Assembly (NCBI RefSeq): GCF_009914755.1
Contig: NC_060929.1
Length of the DNA: 64,000 nt
Origin: the human T2T-CHM13v2.0 reference genome, Homo sapiens
Direction: 5' to 3' (one strand)
Shown: positions 43,000 through 58,447 of the stretch, piece after piece
How the letters are laid out: each line of letters begins with the position of its first letter
Position numbering within the stretch: position 1 is the stretch's first letter
Translations under genes and position numbers: made by a program
The notes under the pieces: generated by a model
What the model was told of the DNA's origin: nothing
Seen by the model: only the letters and a program-made list of their open reading frames with translations
Databases searched by the model: none

Positions 43000-44060
43000 T
43001 GGCTGGGCCCTGTGCTGAACAAAACCCCTATTCGACAGAGCATTTAGCCTACTGGGGGGACAGACAAGTAAACAGACAAATACAGTACAAAAAGACAAAC
43101 ACGGATGCACAGGGCCCCCAGGGCATAACTGAGTCCACTGGGAGTCAGGGAAAGTTTCCTGGAGAAAGCGACACTTAAACTGAGCCTGAAGGCAGAGTGG
43201 GGCAGGACAAGTGTTCCAAGCAGAGGGAACAGAGTGTGCAGATAGCAAAAGCAAGAGGGTCTCTTTTAGTTCAAAGACCTACAAGGTGTTCAGTGTGCCT
43301 GGAACTCAGTAAATGAGAGGAGCACGTGAAGATGACAGTGGAGGGGGCCAGGACACGAAGGGCCTCAACATTGGGCTGAGACGTTTTTAGCCTTTGCCCT
43401 GAGAGTAGTGGAAAGTCACTGAAGGGTTTCAAGAAGGGACTATGCCAATAGGAGCTGCATTTGCCAAAAGGTCATTCTATCTGCTGTGTGGAAAGAGGAG
43501 AAGGCCAGGTGTGGCAGAGGCAGGAGAGAGAGAGGTTAGGTCGCCTATTGCAGTCATCAAGGTGAGAGATGCAGTGGGCAGGTGTAGAAATGGGAGGAAG
43601 GCACAGAGTCTCTCAGGAGACTTTCCTTGCTGCAACTAGGCCGGCTGGGAGTGGGTGGCAAGGAATGAGAGGGAGGGGGCAGACGGATTATGAAGGAAGA
43701 TGTGCTATAAAATTTTGGTTCAGAGATGCCTGAAAGGCATAATTTTTCAGGGACCCCCAGGTAGGGTACAACTGCTGGGGAAGTTTGATAAGTGATCAGA
43801 GTGGGTAATGACTTCAACACCTGTTTACTGAATACCTACTGCACATCAAGCATTGTACTAGGCCCTGTGGACTCAATGGTGAGCAAGACAGATGAGTTTG
43901 CTGCTTGTCTTACCACAGTGGAGGAGCAAGACAATAAACAAAACCGTAGATAACATGGCAAGTGGTGATAGATGGGTTAGAGAAGAATAAGGCCCAATGA
44001 AGGGGCGTGTGAAGGGCAGAGAGGGACTGCAGTTTCAAATACAGTTGGCAAGAGCTTCAT
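43000..44060 (-). mobile_element. L2 fragments
   Basis: AGAGGGAACAG...GGAAAGTCACTGAAGGGTTTCAAG, ATTGCAGTCATCAAGGTGAGAGATG and GAATACCTACTG motifs typical of antisense L2. Confidence 0.5.
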
Positions 44061-44094
44061 CAAGAAAACCAATTCATTTCTATTTTCCTTTTTT

Positions 44095-44407
44095 TTAAAA
44101 ATCTTTATTGTGATACAATTTGCATACCATACAATTCAAATCTACAACTCAATGGTTTTTAGTACATTCACAGGGTTGTGTAACCATTACCACGATCTAA
44201 TTCCAGAACATTTTTATCACCCCCAAAAGAAACTCTCTACCCATCAGCAGTCACTCTCCACTCCCCCTTTGCTCCAGCCCCTGGCAACCACTGACCTACT
44301 TTCTGTTGCTATGGATTTGCCTATTCCGGACATCTCATAGAAGTGGAATCATGCAATGTGTCATCTTTGGTGACTGGCCTCTTTCACTCAGCATCAAGTT
44401 TTCAAGG
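44095..44407 (-). mobile_element. L1MB 3' end
   Basis: CTTTATTGTGATACAATT...ATTCCAGAACATTTTTATCACCCCC...CCCTGGCAACCACT...TTTCACTCAGCAT. Confidence 0.8.
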
Positions 44408-44832
44408 TGCAGAATAAGGTAACTTTTGAGCAGACACCTGGAGCTGAGCAAGGTGGCTGTGCAGATGTTGGGGGCGGCACTCAGGGGAGAGAGGAACTCC
44501 AAACTGCCCAACCACAGAAAGTGAAGCACTTGCTCCAGCCAAGCTGCCCTGGGTCCCCCTGGGGAAATGCCTTGCCTAGCAGACAGTGAGGAAGGGTAAG
44601 TTAGGGTAGCTGGCATTGAGGGAACCTAGACAGCCTGCTTTCTAGCTTGGGTAGGTGGGTTGCAAAGATAGCCTCTGACACCCTAGGAGACTTTGGAATG
44701 CTCCTTGGGATCTCAAAGCTGGGAGAGTCTTTGGCTCCTCCAGCCCCAGGGAATTGGAATGCTATTCCAATGGATGTGAGCCTGTACAGCTCAAAAGCCC
44801 AGGAAGGGTGGGAGGGGCTGGTGTTGCTGTGA

Positions 44833-45309
<477 letters not shown>

Positions 45310-45865
45310 AATGATTGGCTTTTTGATGGGACTTTTGTAAAGCCAGAGGGTGAAGACTGGAAGATATTTCTCGGGGCTCATTGAAAATTCTGGATTTTTC
45401 TAGTCCACGGCAGAGTGGGGCTTGAGAAGGAGAGGCGATGACCAGAGCCAGCGAGGTCTCCTGCTCTCAGCAGGGTGGAGGGCTGGAAAGCAGAGGTGTC
45501 TGCAGTCCTGGGCAGGAGTCCCAGCTCAGGGTAGCCTTGGTGAAGCCTTTTACCTCTATGGTCCACAGACTCCCCAGACGGGCACATGGGACACCATAGT
45601 CCACAGTGTCCCTCCCAACTTTGACACTCTAGGATTCCAGACCCCTAGGATCAGAATCACTGTGGGAGAGGTGCCAAGTGCCTCAGGGACACAGAGACTT
45701 TAGTAAACTCAAGGCACGATACAGGGCTTGACATGTGGTCTGACAATGGGGAACAATTTTTCTTTTAAAATTATTAATTTTTTTCATTTTGTAAGTATTT
45801 TCATGTATATTTCTAAAATGTAGGAGCTCTTTTTAAAGCAAACTATAATACCATTATCATAACCT

Positions 45866-46290
45866 GTATCAGTCAACTATTGCCACAATGATGCTGAGCA
45901 ACAAACTCAGTGGCATTCAATGACAAGAATTTGGTTCTCTCTAAGATTTCTGTGGGGCAGCTGGGTTTGGCTGAAGTAGGTGGGGCGTGGCTCCAGGTTG
46001 CCATTGGGGTCAGGTTGGCTTCATGTGTCTTACTATTTTGGGGCCAGCAGGCTTCCCTGGCATATGTTCTCTTGATGAGGGCAGGAACTCAAGAACAAGC
46101 CCAACCCTGCAAGCTCATTTCAACCTTTCACTGGGTCATGTTCACCAGCAACCACTGGCTAATGCAAGTTACAAGGCCAAGCCCAGAGTCAAAAGGTGGG
46201 GAAATGGATTTCACTTCCTGATGGGAGGAGCTGCCGAATTCCCTATAGATTCAGGGAAGAGGGAAAAATGGGGTCCATTTTTACAATCAG
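45866..46290. mobile_element. Old MLT1-type MaLR LTR
   Basis: TGTATCAGTCA.CTATTGCCACAAT.ATGCTG...AGTTACAAGGCCAAGCCCAGAGTCAA signature. Confidence 0.6.
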
Positions 46291-46543
46291 CCAAACCCAG
46301 CATCCTCCAATGGTGACCAATGAGGGAGGTGTATATGTATCTATTTTTGTTTCTTTATGAACTGTAGATTTATTGCACTTATTTATTCTTGTTAACACTC
46401 CTTTGACCTTTTCAGTTTAGCATTGCCCTAGGAGTCTCTGGGAACTTCCTGCTCTTTATTAATTATAAGAAGTTCCAGGCTCATCTTGTACATTTCCTGC
46501 CCCAGACCTAGAATTAGCACCTTTTTAAAAAGCTATGCATTTG

Positions 46544-46840
<297 letters not shown>

Positions 46841-47759
46841 TGAAAAGCTATACATCTGTAAAGCTTAAAGTCAAGCAATTTTAAAGCATGAAATGTAGAG
46901 CAAACTCCCTTCCCCTACCCCGCCCCCAGCCCTTCATTTCCTTCCATATAGGCAGCCACTGCTATCAATATCTCATAAATCTTTCTAGAGATATTGTGAG
47001 GCTAATGAAGCATAAATATAAGATATGCATTTTAAATGCAAAAAAAGTTCATTTTTGTTTTACATTTTACAGTGTGTAATGGTTTTATTTTATAGTATAT
47101 AGTAATAACAGCTAACACTAATATAGCATTTATCACGTGCTGGGAGAGCTGACATCCTAATGGAAATCTGCCCCAAACCAAAGGCCAGGTATTAGCCACA
47201 CCTTTACTGCCTTCTTTAGGGCATCAAACCTACCCTACATTTAATGAGGTCAGCATTTCCCAAAGCATGGTAGGTGCAATGATTTTACATGGTACAGAGT
47301 GAACATTTGTTATTTGAGTAGTTAAAAACATATTTTAATATATAAGAAAAATAAAACAAGGGTAACATGAAAGCCTGTGGTGTCCCATGATTTCCAAGTT
47401 GCTTCCGTTACTGAAGCTGAGTTTGTTGGGGGTCTGCTCATGGCTGTCTCTGAACAGAAGGTAACCGGGAACTCTCACTTCTGATCCCATCTCTATTGTT
47501 GTCTTTCCTCCAGGTAGCTATGGGCACCTCCTTCCATAGACCCTCCAGGAGCATCTGCTTCCAGTCCTGCCTGGGCACTGAACATACTCCTTCCTCAGAT
47601 GGACTGGGTTCCTCTTCTCCTCGAAGTCCCTTCTGAATTTCCATTTTCCCAGTTGTGAAGGGTGTGATTCCTAGAGCAAAGCCCTTACTTGAGAAATAAT
47701 AGTGGTTTTGTTTCCCTACGGGAACTCTGACTGTTTCACCCCATGTTCTGCCTCTTCCT

Positions 47760-48210
47760 TTTTTAAAAATAATTGTGGTTAAATACAAATAGCATGAAAT
47801 GTAGTGTGTTAACCACTTTGACGTGTATAATTTAGTGGCATTAAGTACAACTCATCTTGTGCAACCAATCTGCAGAACTATTTTCATCCTGCAAAACTGA
47901 AACTCTGTACCCATTAACAAGAAATCTCCACTCCTCCCAGCCCCCCACTCTTCCACTTTCCTCTCTCTATGAGTTTGACTACTTCAGGTGCCTCGCATAC
48001 CTGGAATCAGGCAGTATTTGTCTTTTTGTGACTGGCTTGTTTCACTTAGCTTAACGTCCTCAAGGCTCGTCCACAGTAACATGTGTCAGAATTCTCTTTC
48101 TTTTTAGGGTTCAATAATATTCCATTGTGTGTATTTGCTACATTTTGTTTATCCATTCATCCACGGATGGACACAAGTTGTGTTCGCCTCTTGGCTGTTG
48201 TGAGTAGTGC
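47760..48210 (-). mobile_element. L1MA/MB 3' end
   Basis: TTTTCATCCTGCAAAACTGAAACTCTGTACCCATTAA...TTTGTTTATCCATTCATCC. Confidence 0.8.
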
Positions 48211-49233
48211 TGCTCCTCTGTCCTTTTTAAAGGCTGCATGGTGTTCCACGGATAGAGTAGCATGCTTAGGAGCACAAGCTCTTCAGCCAGAGGGACGCAG
48301 GTTTGAATACTGCCTCCACCCTGAGAACACATTGTGGGATCTTGGGCACACAGTTAAGTGTTCAATGGAGAACTGTCAATGGAGAATGTTCACCCTCACC
48401 ATGTGTTCAAACTCACAATGGAGAACTGTCACCCTCACCACAGTCATCTCTAGAAGAGTCCCTCCTCTCACAACCATGGCCACAGCTCTCCCTTTGAGCC
48501 ATCCTACTCTCAACAACCCTAGGTCTCCTCTCTCTCCTCCACCTGGTGCTCCAGGGCTATCCCAATCTGGGTTAGTCTCTGTCAGCCTTCCCAGCCTGCA
48601 ACATCATGCTGCCACCACACTGAGCCATAAAAGACCCTTCCCCGTTGCTTGGCCCTCAGCACAAACTGCCATGTATATGCACATCCCTCTCTACACCGAG
48701 GGCTCCATGGGGCCAAGTTACCAGTGAAGTCCCTTGCCTCCTGAACATTCCAGGCATCATCTAAAGGCAACACGCTGGGTGGCAGCTCTGCCAAGTCCCT
48801 GGAGCCTCCAACTGCAAAAGCAAGAGTTTTGTCAGCGAAGTTGTTCTCTCATTTGCCTTTTCACCTTCCTGGGTTCAGAGCACTGGTCTGGAGCCAATGT
48901 ATCCAGACCTTCATCTCACTCTGCACCAGTTGGTTCTGGGAGTGCAGATAAGCCCCTCCCTCTGTGAGTCCCCCTTTCCTCTTCTGTAAAATGCAGAAAT
49001 TGGCTCACAGTGTTCTCCCAGAAAGTGGCTCAAAATATTCTCCCAGAATGCCCTGGCTTTGATTTCCATCTGGCTACTTCAACTGATATTCATTTATCCA
49101 GCCACCCATCCTTCCACCATCCAATAATTTTTCTTTTTTTTTTTTTTGTATGTATTCTTTTCTTTTATTTCAATGTAACGTGCTTGCATGTGGCAAAATT
49201 TTCAGCGTAGGGGTTAGAAAGTGAACACCTCTC

Positions 49234-49543
49234 GGCTGGGTGCAGTGGCTCATGCCTGTAATCCCAGCACTCTGGAAGGCCCAGGCGGGTGGATCACGAG
49301 GTTGTGAGTTCGAGACCAGCCTGGCCAAGATGGTGAAACCCCGTCTCTACTAAAAACACAACAATTAGCCGGGCGTGGCGGTGGGCACCTGTAATCCCAG
49401 CTACTCAGGAGGCTGAGGCAGAGAATTGCTTGAACCTGGGAGGCAGAGGTTGCGGTGAGCCAAGATTACGCCACTGCACTCTAGCCTGGGTGACAGAGCA
49501 AGACTCTGTCACAGAAAAAAAAAAGAAAAGAAAAAAAAAAAGA
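49234..49543 (+). mobile_element. Alu (Sg-like)
   Basis: Full Alu; TSD AGAAAGTGAA(C/T)ACC. Confidence 0.92.
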
Positions 49544-49599
49544 AAGTGAATACCCCTCTTAGTCACAGCCTCTAGGTTAGTGATTTCTAAACAGGGTTT

Positions 49600-50496
<897 letters not shown>

Positions 50497-50787
50497 TAGA
50501 TGTATGGCCTAATCCCTCCATACCTCCATGTCTTCATCTGCAGAGTGGGGATGATTACAGTACTTACCACATGGCATCACATGGGATTAGTTATTTATTA
50601 TGTGCGTTCCTTTGTATCTGGCTGGAGGTGGCAGCAGATCACTGTGCTCACTGCAGAGATGAGGACACTGAGACTCAGAGTCAGGCAGTGACTTGACACA
50701 GCCTGTCCAGTAAGTCAGTGGCACTTGGTGCTAGCTCAGGGCTCTCTCCAGTGTAAGCAGCACTTCTGATAAAGGTATGTTTTTTTT

Positions 50788-51078
50788 GGCCCGGTGTGGT
50801 GGTTCATGCCTGTAGTCCCAGCACTTTGGGAGGCTGAGGCAGGAGGATCGCTTGAGCCCAGGAGTTTGAGACCAGCCTGGGCAACATGGCAAAATCCTGT
50901 CTCTACAAAAAATTTAAGAATTAGCCAGGCGTGGTAACCCATGCCTGTAGTCCTAGCTGGTCAGGAAGTTGCGGCAGGAGGGTTGCTTGAGCCAGGAAGG
51001 TTGAGACTGCAGTGAGCCATGATGGTGCCACTGCGCTCCAGCCCAGTTGACGGAGCGAAAGCCTGCCTCAAAAAAAAA
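50788..51078 (+). mobile_element. Alu (J-type)
   Basis: Alu dimer with A tail. Confidence 0.9.
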
Positions 51079-52871
51079 GTATATTTTTTGCTTATTTGTT
51101 TGCTTTATTCTGTTTTGTTTTGGGGAAAGATCCAGAAGACAGCAGGCCATCAGCTCTGTGCTACAGGGTAGCAGAGAGTTCTGCGTCAGGCCTCAGGGCA
51201 TCTTGGCAGACACCTCCCTGTCCCCAGTTCCCAGTCTCCCTCCCCACTGTGGCTCAGCCTGGCTCTCCACTAGGCCGGGAGCAGGCTCTGCCTTATCTCC
51301 AGACGCCTGTTATCTGCACACCCATCTGTGGACAAATGGCCAGCCGGCTGGCTCCTGGGCACCCCTGCCTAGAGGGGAGTCCGCCTCTCAGGCCTGTGTC
51401 TGGCAATTTGGGCTGGAGCCCAAGGTGGGGGGTCTCCCAATGGAGGAGGCCCCGCTCAGCCCTACCCCTGGGGCTTTAAGCCCTAAAATGATGCTGCTTA
51501 GACATTCCATTCATGGGACAGGAATCCGGGCCAGGAAAACCATCCCATCCCACCATCCTTCCCTCACTTCGTTTCACATCAGGCTCTGTAAGGTGGGTAA
51601 GGGCCGCAATTGTCATTCCCATTGAGCAAATGGAGAAACTGAAGCTAAGTGAGGAGCTGTGTTGTGTTGCAGGTCACAGAGCAAAACAGCAGCCTTTCAG
51701 GGACTAGAACCTAGGCCCCTTAGCTCCCATCCTAGCCTCCAAGAAGGAGAACTCGCAGACCTCATGCTCCAGGCCCCACCCTGCCATAGATGCCAGGGGC
51801 AGGGGCACAGTCATGTCCATTCTTTGGGCCTTAGTTTCTTCACCTCTCAAGCAGAGATAAAAGTGGGTGACAGGGAGGAGCCTGTCCTTAGCTCCAGAAG
51901 GCCAGGGAAGCAGCAGGCAGAGTCGGGCAGGGCGTGAAGCACGTGGGGCTCTGGGCTCACCCTGCTGGGGCTCAAGTCCCACTTTCCCCGCTTATCTCAG
52001 TGTGACTTTGAGCAATCACTTGACCTCCCTCTCTGTGCATTGGTTTCCCCATATGAAAAAAACAGGGGAAGAACAACACGAGTCAACCTCCATGAAGTGC
52101 ATAGCACGTAATGAGTGCTCATAAGTGTGAGTTACTGTTGTTTTTGTTCGCAGGAGAATATGGCGTAGTAATTACAGTATTGGGGTTGACGAACTGGCTG
52201 TGCTGTGTGACCTTGGGCAACTGACTTAACATCTCTGAGCCTCTGTTTTCTCATCTGTAAAACAGGGGCAGTGTGTCTTTGAGGCTCTAGTGAGGGTCTT
52301 GGCACAGATTGTGGCCCCATTGGCTGGGGTGAAGCTGGGAGCTGCCAGTGACCTGCAGGGAGGGGTGCCTGCCTGAAAGATGGAGACAGCCTGCAGGCCT
52401 TTGTTTACAGAGCCCATCTCTCCTCTGATGGATGCGGCCAGCAGAAGTCTGTTTGCAAGTTTCTCCTGGAAACATGAATCAAGGTCTGTTTGGAGAACAC
52501 GTGCGCTCCTCTGTCAAACATTCCACCCGTGCTGGGGCCACAGAGCCTTGAGAGCAGAGTGGGTCCCAGATTGTCCCCAGAGATAGGGGATAGGCCAGGA
52601 TACCCAGCCCCTCTGGCCAGGCTTCAGAGGGGACAGCCTGGGCTCCGAGACAGATGCCCTCCCTGGCCTCAAGGAGCTCTCTAGAAAGCAAGATAAGACC
52701 CGGACTCGACCAGAAAACAGGGAGAGATAAGGACCCATCTGCTTCCACTCTTGTCCCCTCTGATCCTCCACAGCAGCCCTGAGTGATCTTTTTAAAATGT
52801 AAATTTCATGGCTCACTCCTGCTCACAACCCTCTGTGACTTCTTTAGTAGTTGAATCAAAATCTGATTCCA

Positions 52872-53166
<295 letters not shown>

Positions 53167-54084
53167 TCAGATTCCTTAAACATGGTCTTGGAGGTCAAGT
53201 GGGATCTCACCCCTGCCTGCCAGTGGGACGCCAGCTCCCAGCCCCTCTCCCCTTGCCACACTGGTTTTCTTCCAGCTCCTCAAGCAAGCCTACCTCATGC
53301 CCTTCCCAGCCCTTCCCACAGGTGCTCCCTTCTCCCTGCCCCATCCAGGTGGCCCTTCTCACACTCAAGCTGAGCTTGGCCTCCCTGACCACCCCTTGTC
53401 ACAGCACCTTACTCTTGCCTGGGTGGCCAACATCAAATTTGTAATGATGTGTGTATCTGTGTGTGTACACGCTCAGTCTCTGGGTGGGGCCAGGGTCACA
53501 CATCAGTGCATGCTCAGCCCCTGGCACAATGCCTGCCACATAGAAGGCTCTGTACAAATATTTATTTAATGAATGAGTAACTGACCAGGAGGAGGACTGA
53601 TCTTATTCTTGAGGTCAGTCTTATTATCTTATTATTCGGCTCACTGCAATTTCTTGAGGTCAGAAAATGGACAGTCATATCCAGTAGAGAGGAAATCAGA
53701 GAAGATGTTTTGGGGAAATTGGCACTAAAGCTGGGTTGTGATACTCGGGAAGACTTTGACTGGTGGAGAGGAGAAAAGGAGAGTGTAGTGTTTAGGCTAT
53801 GGGTAGGCACTGAGTTGAGGAAAGGCAGCAATGTGAGGTGCTGAGACCCTAGGCTGCAAATGCAGCCACCTGGGGCAAGTCTCTTCAATCTTTTGAACCT
53901 CAGTTTCTCTATCTGAAATATGGGGATGATGATATCAACTTCCTAGACAGAGCATATGAGGAGGAAATAAAGCTTTTCATCAGGGCTCAAATTGCAAGTA
54001 TCATGATTACACATTTTTATTTCACCACCATGCCAATCTGAAGATAGGGGTATTATTGTCTGCATTTTCCCCTGATACTAAATT

Positions 54085-54750
54085 TATTTTATTTATTTAT
54101 TGGAGATGGTGTCTCACTATGTCACTCCGGCTGGAGTGCAGTCACTCTTCTCAGGTACAATCACAGCGCACTGCGGCCTGGAACTGCTGGGCTCAAGCTA
54201 TCTTCTTGTCTCAGCCTCCCAAGCAGCTTGGACCGCTTGGGTATGTAGTGGTGCACTTGACCTCCAGATGTACACCGCTGACCTCGGCTATATTTATTTT
54301 TAATGCTACATATTTTTTAAACATTGAAACTATCTCAAATTTATAGACAAGCTGCAAGCATGGTACATAGAAGTGCTTTTCCCCCAAATGCTTTGAGAAT
54401 AAGTTGCGGATATGATGCCCCAACTCACCTGAACATCTTTGTGTTTATTTTCAATAAACAAGGACAATCTCTTACAAACCGTAATACAGCCATCACCATC
54501 AGGAAATTAATATCGACACATTCCTACCATCGAATCCTCAGATCCCCTACAAGATTCTCACTGGGTTAGAACAACGTGCTGTGTTTAGTTGCCACATTCT
54601 TTGGTTTCCTTCAAACAAGTCCTCAAACTTTCTCTGAATTTTGTGATCTTGACATTTTGGAGCTCACTGGCCAACTAGCTTGAAGAATGGGCCTTAATTG
54701 GGTTTCGTTTGATGATTAGGGCCAGGCTACGCATCTTTGGCAGGAACACC
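54085..54750 (-). mobile_element. Old Alu monomer (~54085-54290) and L1MC fragment (~54300-54750)
   Basis: GGAGATGGTGTCTCACTATGTCAC..GGCTGGAGTGCAGT; TTTGAGAATAAGTTGC...AACAAGGACA.TCTCTTACA.AACC signature. Confidence 0.65.
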
Positions 54751-55059
54751 ACGGTCATTTCTTCTGTCTGCATTGTTTCCAGGTAAGGAAACCAAGAAGG
54801 TGGGAAAGGAAATGTGAAATGGCCTCTGAAAAATCCTGAGGTGGGAAAGTATGTGGCATATCCTACTTTAAGTCCTTTCTGCTGCAAGGATGTCCTCATT
54901 TGCTAGATTTTCACTGCAGCTGATCCTGGCCAGAACCCTCCTGACATCAGGGAAGAGGCTAGAAGGGGTTAGGGGCTTTTTAGAAGTTGTGGGCGGTGGG
55001 TGGGGGAGTGGAGAGGGGTGCCGCACTTTCCCCAAGAGACGAGGGCGCTGAGCTCCCGG

Positions 55060-55078
55060 TATCCTCTAGGTGGCGCAC
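55060..55078 (+). promoter_or_regulatory. Candidate CTCF site
   Basis: TCCTCTAGGTGGCGCAC matches the CTCF core CC(A/T)CTAGGTGGCGC within a small CpG-containing patch. Confidence 0.5.
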
Positions 55079-55432
55079 AATTCTCTGGGGAAAAGGAGAA
55101 TTCCAGGTGAACTAATTCCACGGGAAGAAGGGTTGGTTTGGGAGGGGCTAAGCCCTGCCTACGGGCTCCTGTAGGGGAATCAGCTCCCCATCCCCCTGCT
55201 CCCTCCAGAGCAGCGCCCAGCATTCAATCATTCGCTCGCATTTATTTGTCTCCCGCCTGCCTGTGGCCAAGACTTGCCATTTGTAGGTCACAGCACAAAG
55301 CGGAGGAGGGCAGGGTTGTCTGACTTGGAGCTCAGGAAACCTCGGCTTGGGGCTGGTTTTGCATCTGAGTTGCTGTAAGACTTAGCACCTTTCTGGGTCT
55401 CAGTCGTTCCAACAGTTCAAAAAAGTGAGGAT

Positions 55433-55722
55433 GGCCGGGCGCGGTGGCTTACGCCTGTAATCGCAGCAGTTTAGGAGGCCAAAGCGGGCGGATCTCGAGG
55501 TCAGGAGTTCAAGACCAGCCTGGCAAAGAGGGTGAAATCCCATCTCTACTAAAAATACAAAAAATTCGCCGGGCGTGGTCGCAGGCGCCTGTAATCCCAG
55601 CTACTCGGGAGGCCGAGGCAGAGAATTGCTTGAACCCGGGAGGCAGAGCTTGCAGTGAGCCGAGATCGCGCCACTGCACTCCAGCCTGGGCGACAGAGTA
55701 AGACTCCGTCTCAAAAAAAAAA
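55433..55722 (+). mobile_element. Alu (Sg-like, CpG-rich)
   Basis: Full Alu; TSD AAAAAAGTGAGGAT. Confidence 0.93.
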
Positions 55723-58447
55723 GTGAGGATGTCAGCTTGGCTAGATTATAGTCCTGCTTCATCACCCAACCCCCAACCCCTATCTGTCTCCATCTTGAGC
55801 CCACCCTGGCCCCAGACTCCTCCTCTGTCCCATAAGAAAGGATTAAACTCTCACAAACTGATGAGAATGAAGTGTGAAAGGGCCTACAGGGTTTGAATGA
55901 GGGGGGAGGGGCTGACGCTTCAGAGCTAGCTCTACCCCCACAAAGGGGAGGTGGGGGGAGGGAGCTGGAAGGCTTGGAGGGACCTATCTTCCTCCACCCA
56001 ACTCCCAGAGCTAAGCAGTACCGTGGCCCCCCACTCTTCCAGTGCTGCTGGCCTATGGCTTGCTTATCAGGGGTGGCACCCCCACTAATGCAGCACGGGG
56101 TGTCCAGGGACTGAGATCGGCTCTCGAGTTCCCCTGTGGCCACAAACTGTCCTCTGGGACAGTTGACTTGCTTGGCGGTGCCTCATTTTCTTCATCTGTA
56201 AAACGGGCCAAAACCACTTTTGTCACAGAGTGACATCCTTGCAACAGCCATACTGCTGTTTAAAATCTTCCATCTGCTTCTCCTTCCTGCAGGGCAGGTG
56301 TAAAGAAGGCCTGGGGTGACCCAGCATCCTGACTTGGAGAAGATCCTATGGGGGAAGAGGGCCATGGAGTGGTCATCGCAGATAAGGGGCCCTTTGGTGC
56401 TTTCTGTCCCATGTGCGCTAATAATTCTTCAGCCACAGACAGCATCTTTCGACATCCAAAGTACTCTCATATCCATGACTTTATGTGACCCTCACATTCT
56501 ACCTTGATTGGTGGGAAACTGAGGCTGGTAAAAGGAGTTGTGACTTGCCCAAGATCACACATCCAGCCAGCAGCCAAGTCAAGCTGTAGAGTGCAGTGGA
56601 TAAGAGGATGGTATCAGGCCATCCTGGCTCTGCTGTGCTTAAGCCGTGTGGCCTTAGGCACGTCATTTCACCTCCCTGAGCCTCGGCTTCTTCATTTATC
56701 AGTAGGAATAGTGCAGAATTGTTCTGAGGGTTAAATAAAACAAACAGAGTGACATACTGGGTGCCATCCTGGTTTTGGTAACATTCAGAGCCAAAACACA
56801 CCTTTCTTGGTTCTAAGTGACTATATCTGGGGAGTGGGGACTTGTCTTTTTTTCCTCCTACATCTTGCATCTCGCTGGTATGATTTCCATGTCCCATCAC
56901 ATCAGTCTCTTCCCCAGGTCTTCCAGGCTCCACTGTCAGCACTAAGAAGTCAGGGATTGGGTGTGGCTTGCTCCCCGCTGTAAGCCCAGCACATAGCACA
57001 GCACCTTACACTGAGTGAGAATAATGGCTCATATTTTAAGTGCTCGCTGTGTGCCACTCCTGTGCTAAGCACTTTCTCTGCCTCTTTTCATTTAATCCTC
57101 ACAATTCTACAATGTAGGAGGTATGATTCTCATCCCCATCACAGCAGTGATGGAACTGGTATCAGAAAGGGAAAGCAACCAGCTCAGCAGAGCCAGGCAT
57201 GTCTGTGCGACTCCAACACTCAACCGCACGGCAGGCTCAGCAGCTGTTCTCTGCTTATAAAGCACATGGCGCCTGGCACATTGGTCACCCTCAATCCATG
57301 GCATTGGATCTTTGTCACCTGACTGTCATCATCCCTTCTGACTCTCAGTCCCTCCTCTGAACAACAGCTGTGTGTTGGCCCCATTCATGTCCCACCAATG
57401 CCCAGTCCTTTAGGGGGCTCCCCAGCTAGCCAAGGTGACCCCATGCTAACATTTCCCAAGCTCTTTCCTCAAATTTTATCTCCATCATCAATGACCAACT
57501 CCTCTGTGTCAGAGGCAAACAGCTCCCACCCGTATTTATTTCACCCCAGCTTTGTCTATTTATAGGAAGCTGGCTTGTCCTGATGCTGTTTCTGTTAACA
57601 AGGCAGGCATCTCAGCCAACTGGGCAGAAAAGCAGCAGAAACCTTCAGTCCTGCCCATAAAGGCCCCAGAAATGTCTCTGCCTCCAGAGGTTTTTGAGAA
57701 ACTGCTGCAAGGGGAATTATGAGTGTAAACTTGCCCCCTCCCTCTGCCCGCCCCCCAGCCCTCTCATCTGGACAATAACAGCTCCCATCTCATCTCTGAG
57801 AAACCATTCCCGAAGGTTCCAGCTGAGTGCAGGATTAGGCCTCAGGGTGGCAATTAGCTGATAAGGCGATGACTTCACCCAGAGCAGAGAGAGCCTGGCT
57901 AGCTGGAGCCTGTCCCTGCAGGACACCCTGCCCTGGGCCTCTCTCCCTGGACTTAGAGACAGGAACCCTGGCCCAAGGCTTGGGGAAGTCTCTTCCCCTC
58001 TCTGGACCTCTGATTGCCCCTGTGTGAAATGGAGCATGTTCTGACCTTCACAGGCTTGTGGGAAGCTCCAGTAAAATAAGAAATAAGATCTTGCTCAGAA
58101 AGAATCCCTGGCAGCAGTGCATTGCTGACCATAGACAACCATAGAACTGGAGCCTTTTCTGGAATATTCCTGAAGGAACAAAGAAAAGAGGCACTGGCCA
58201 GGGAATCAGGTGGACCTGAGTTTCTGAGCACAGGCCCTGTGTTCACCAGCTGTGTGCTCTCAAGCAGGCTGCCTCCCTTTCCTCTCTGTAAAATGGGACA
58301 GTGTTTGTGCCTTGTCTTCCTCGCACATGGTTTTGAGATGCAGAGATAACTGAGGAAGGAGAGCTGAGCGGATAAGATCACAGGTTTCAGAGCATGTGGG
58401 CCTGGCTTCGAGTGCCTGTTTGACCCCTTACTAACTGTGTGCCTTTA

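Noticed and set aside
48083-48727. 214-aa ORF (and similar 160-190-aa ORFs at 6678, 25179, 49908, 51047, 55601, 56499)
   Set aside because: Derived from L1/Alu/MIR or GC-rich DNA, with no protein-family resemblance or splice support.
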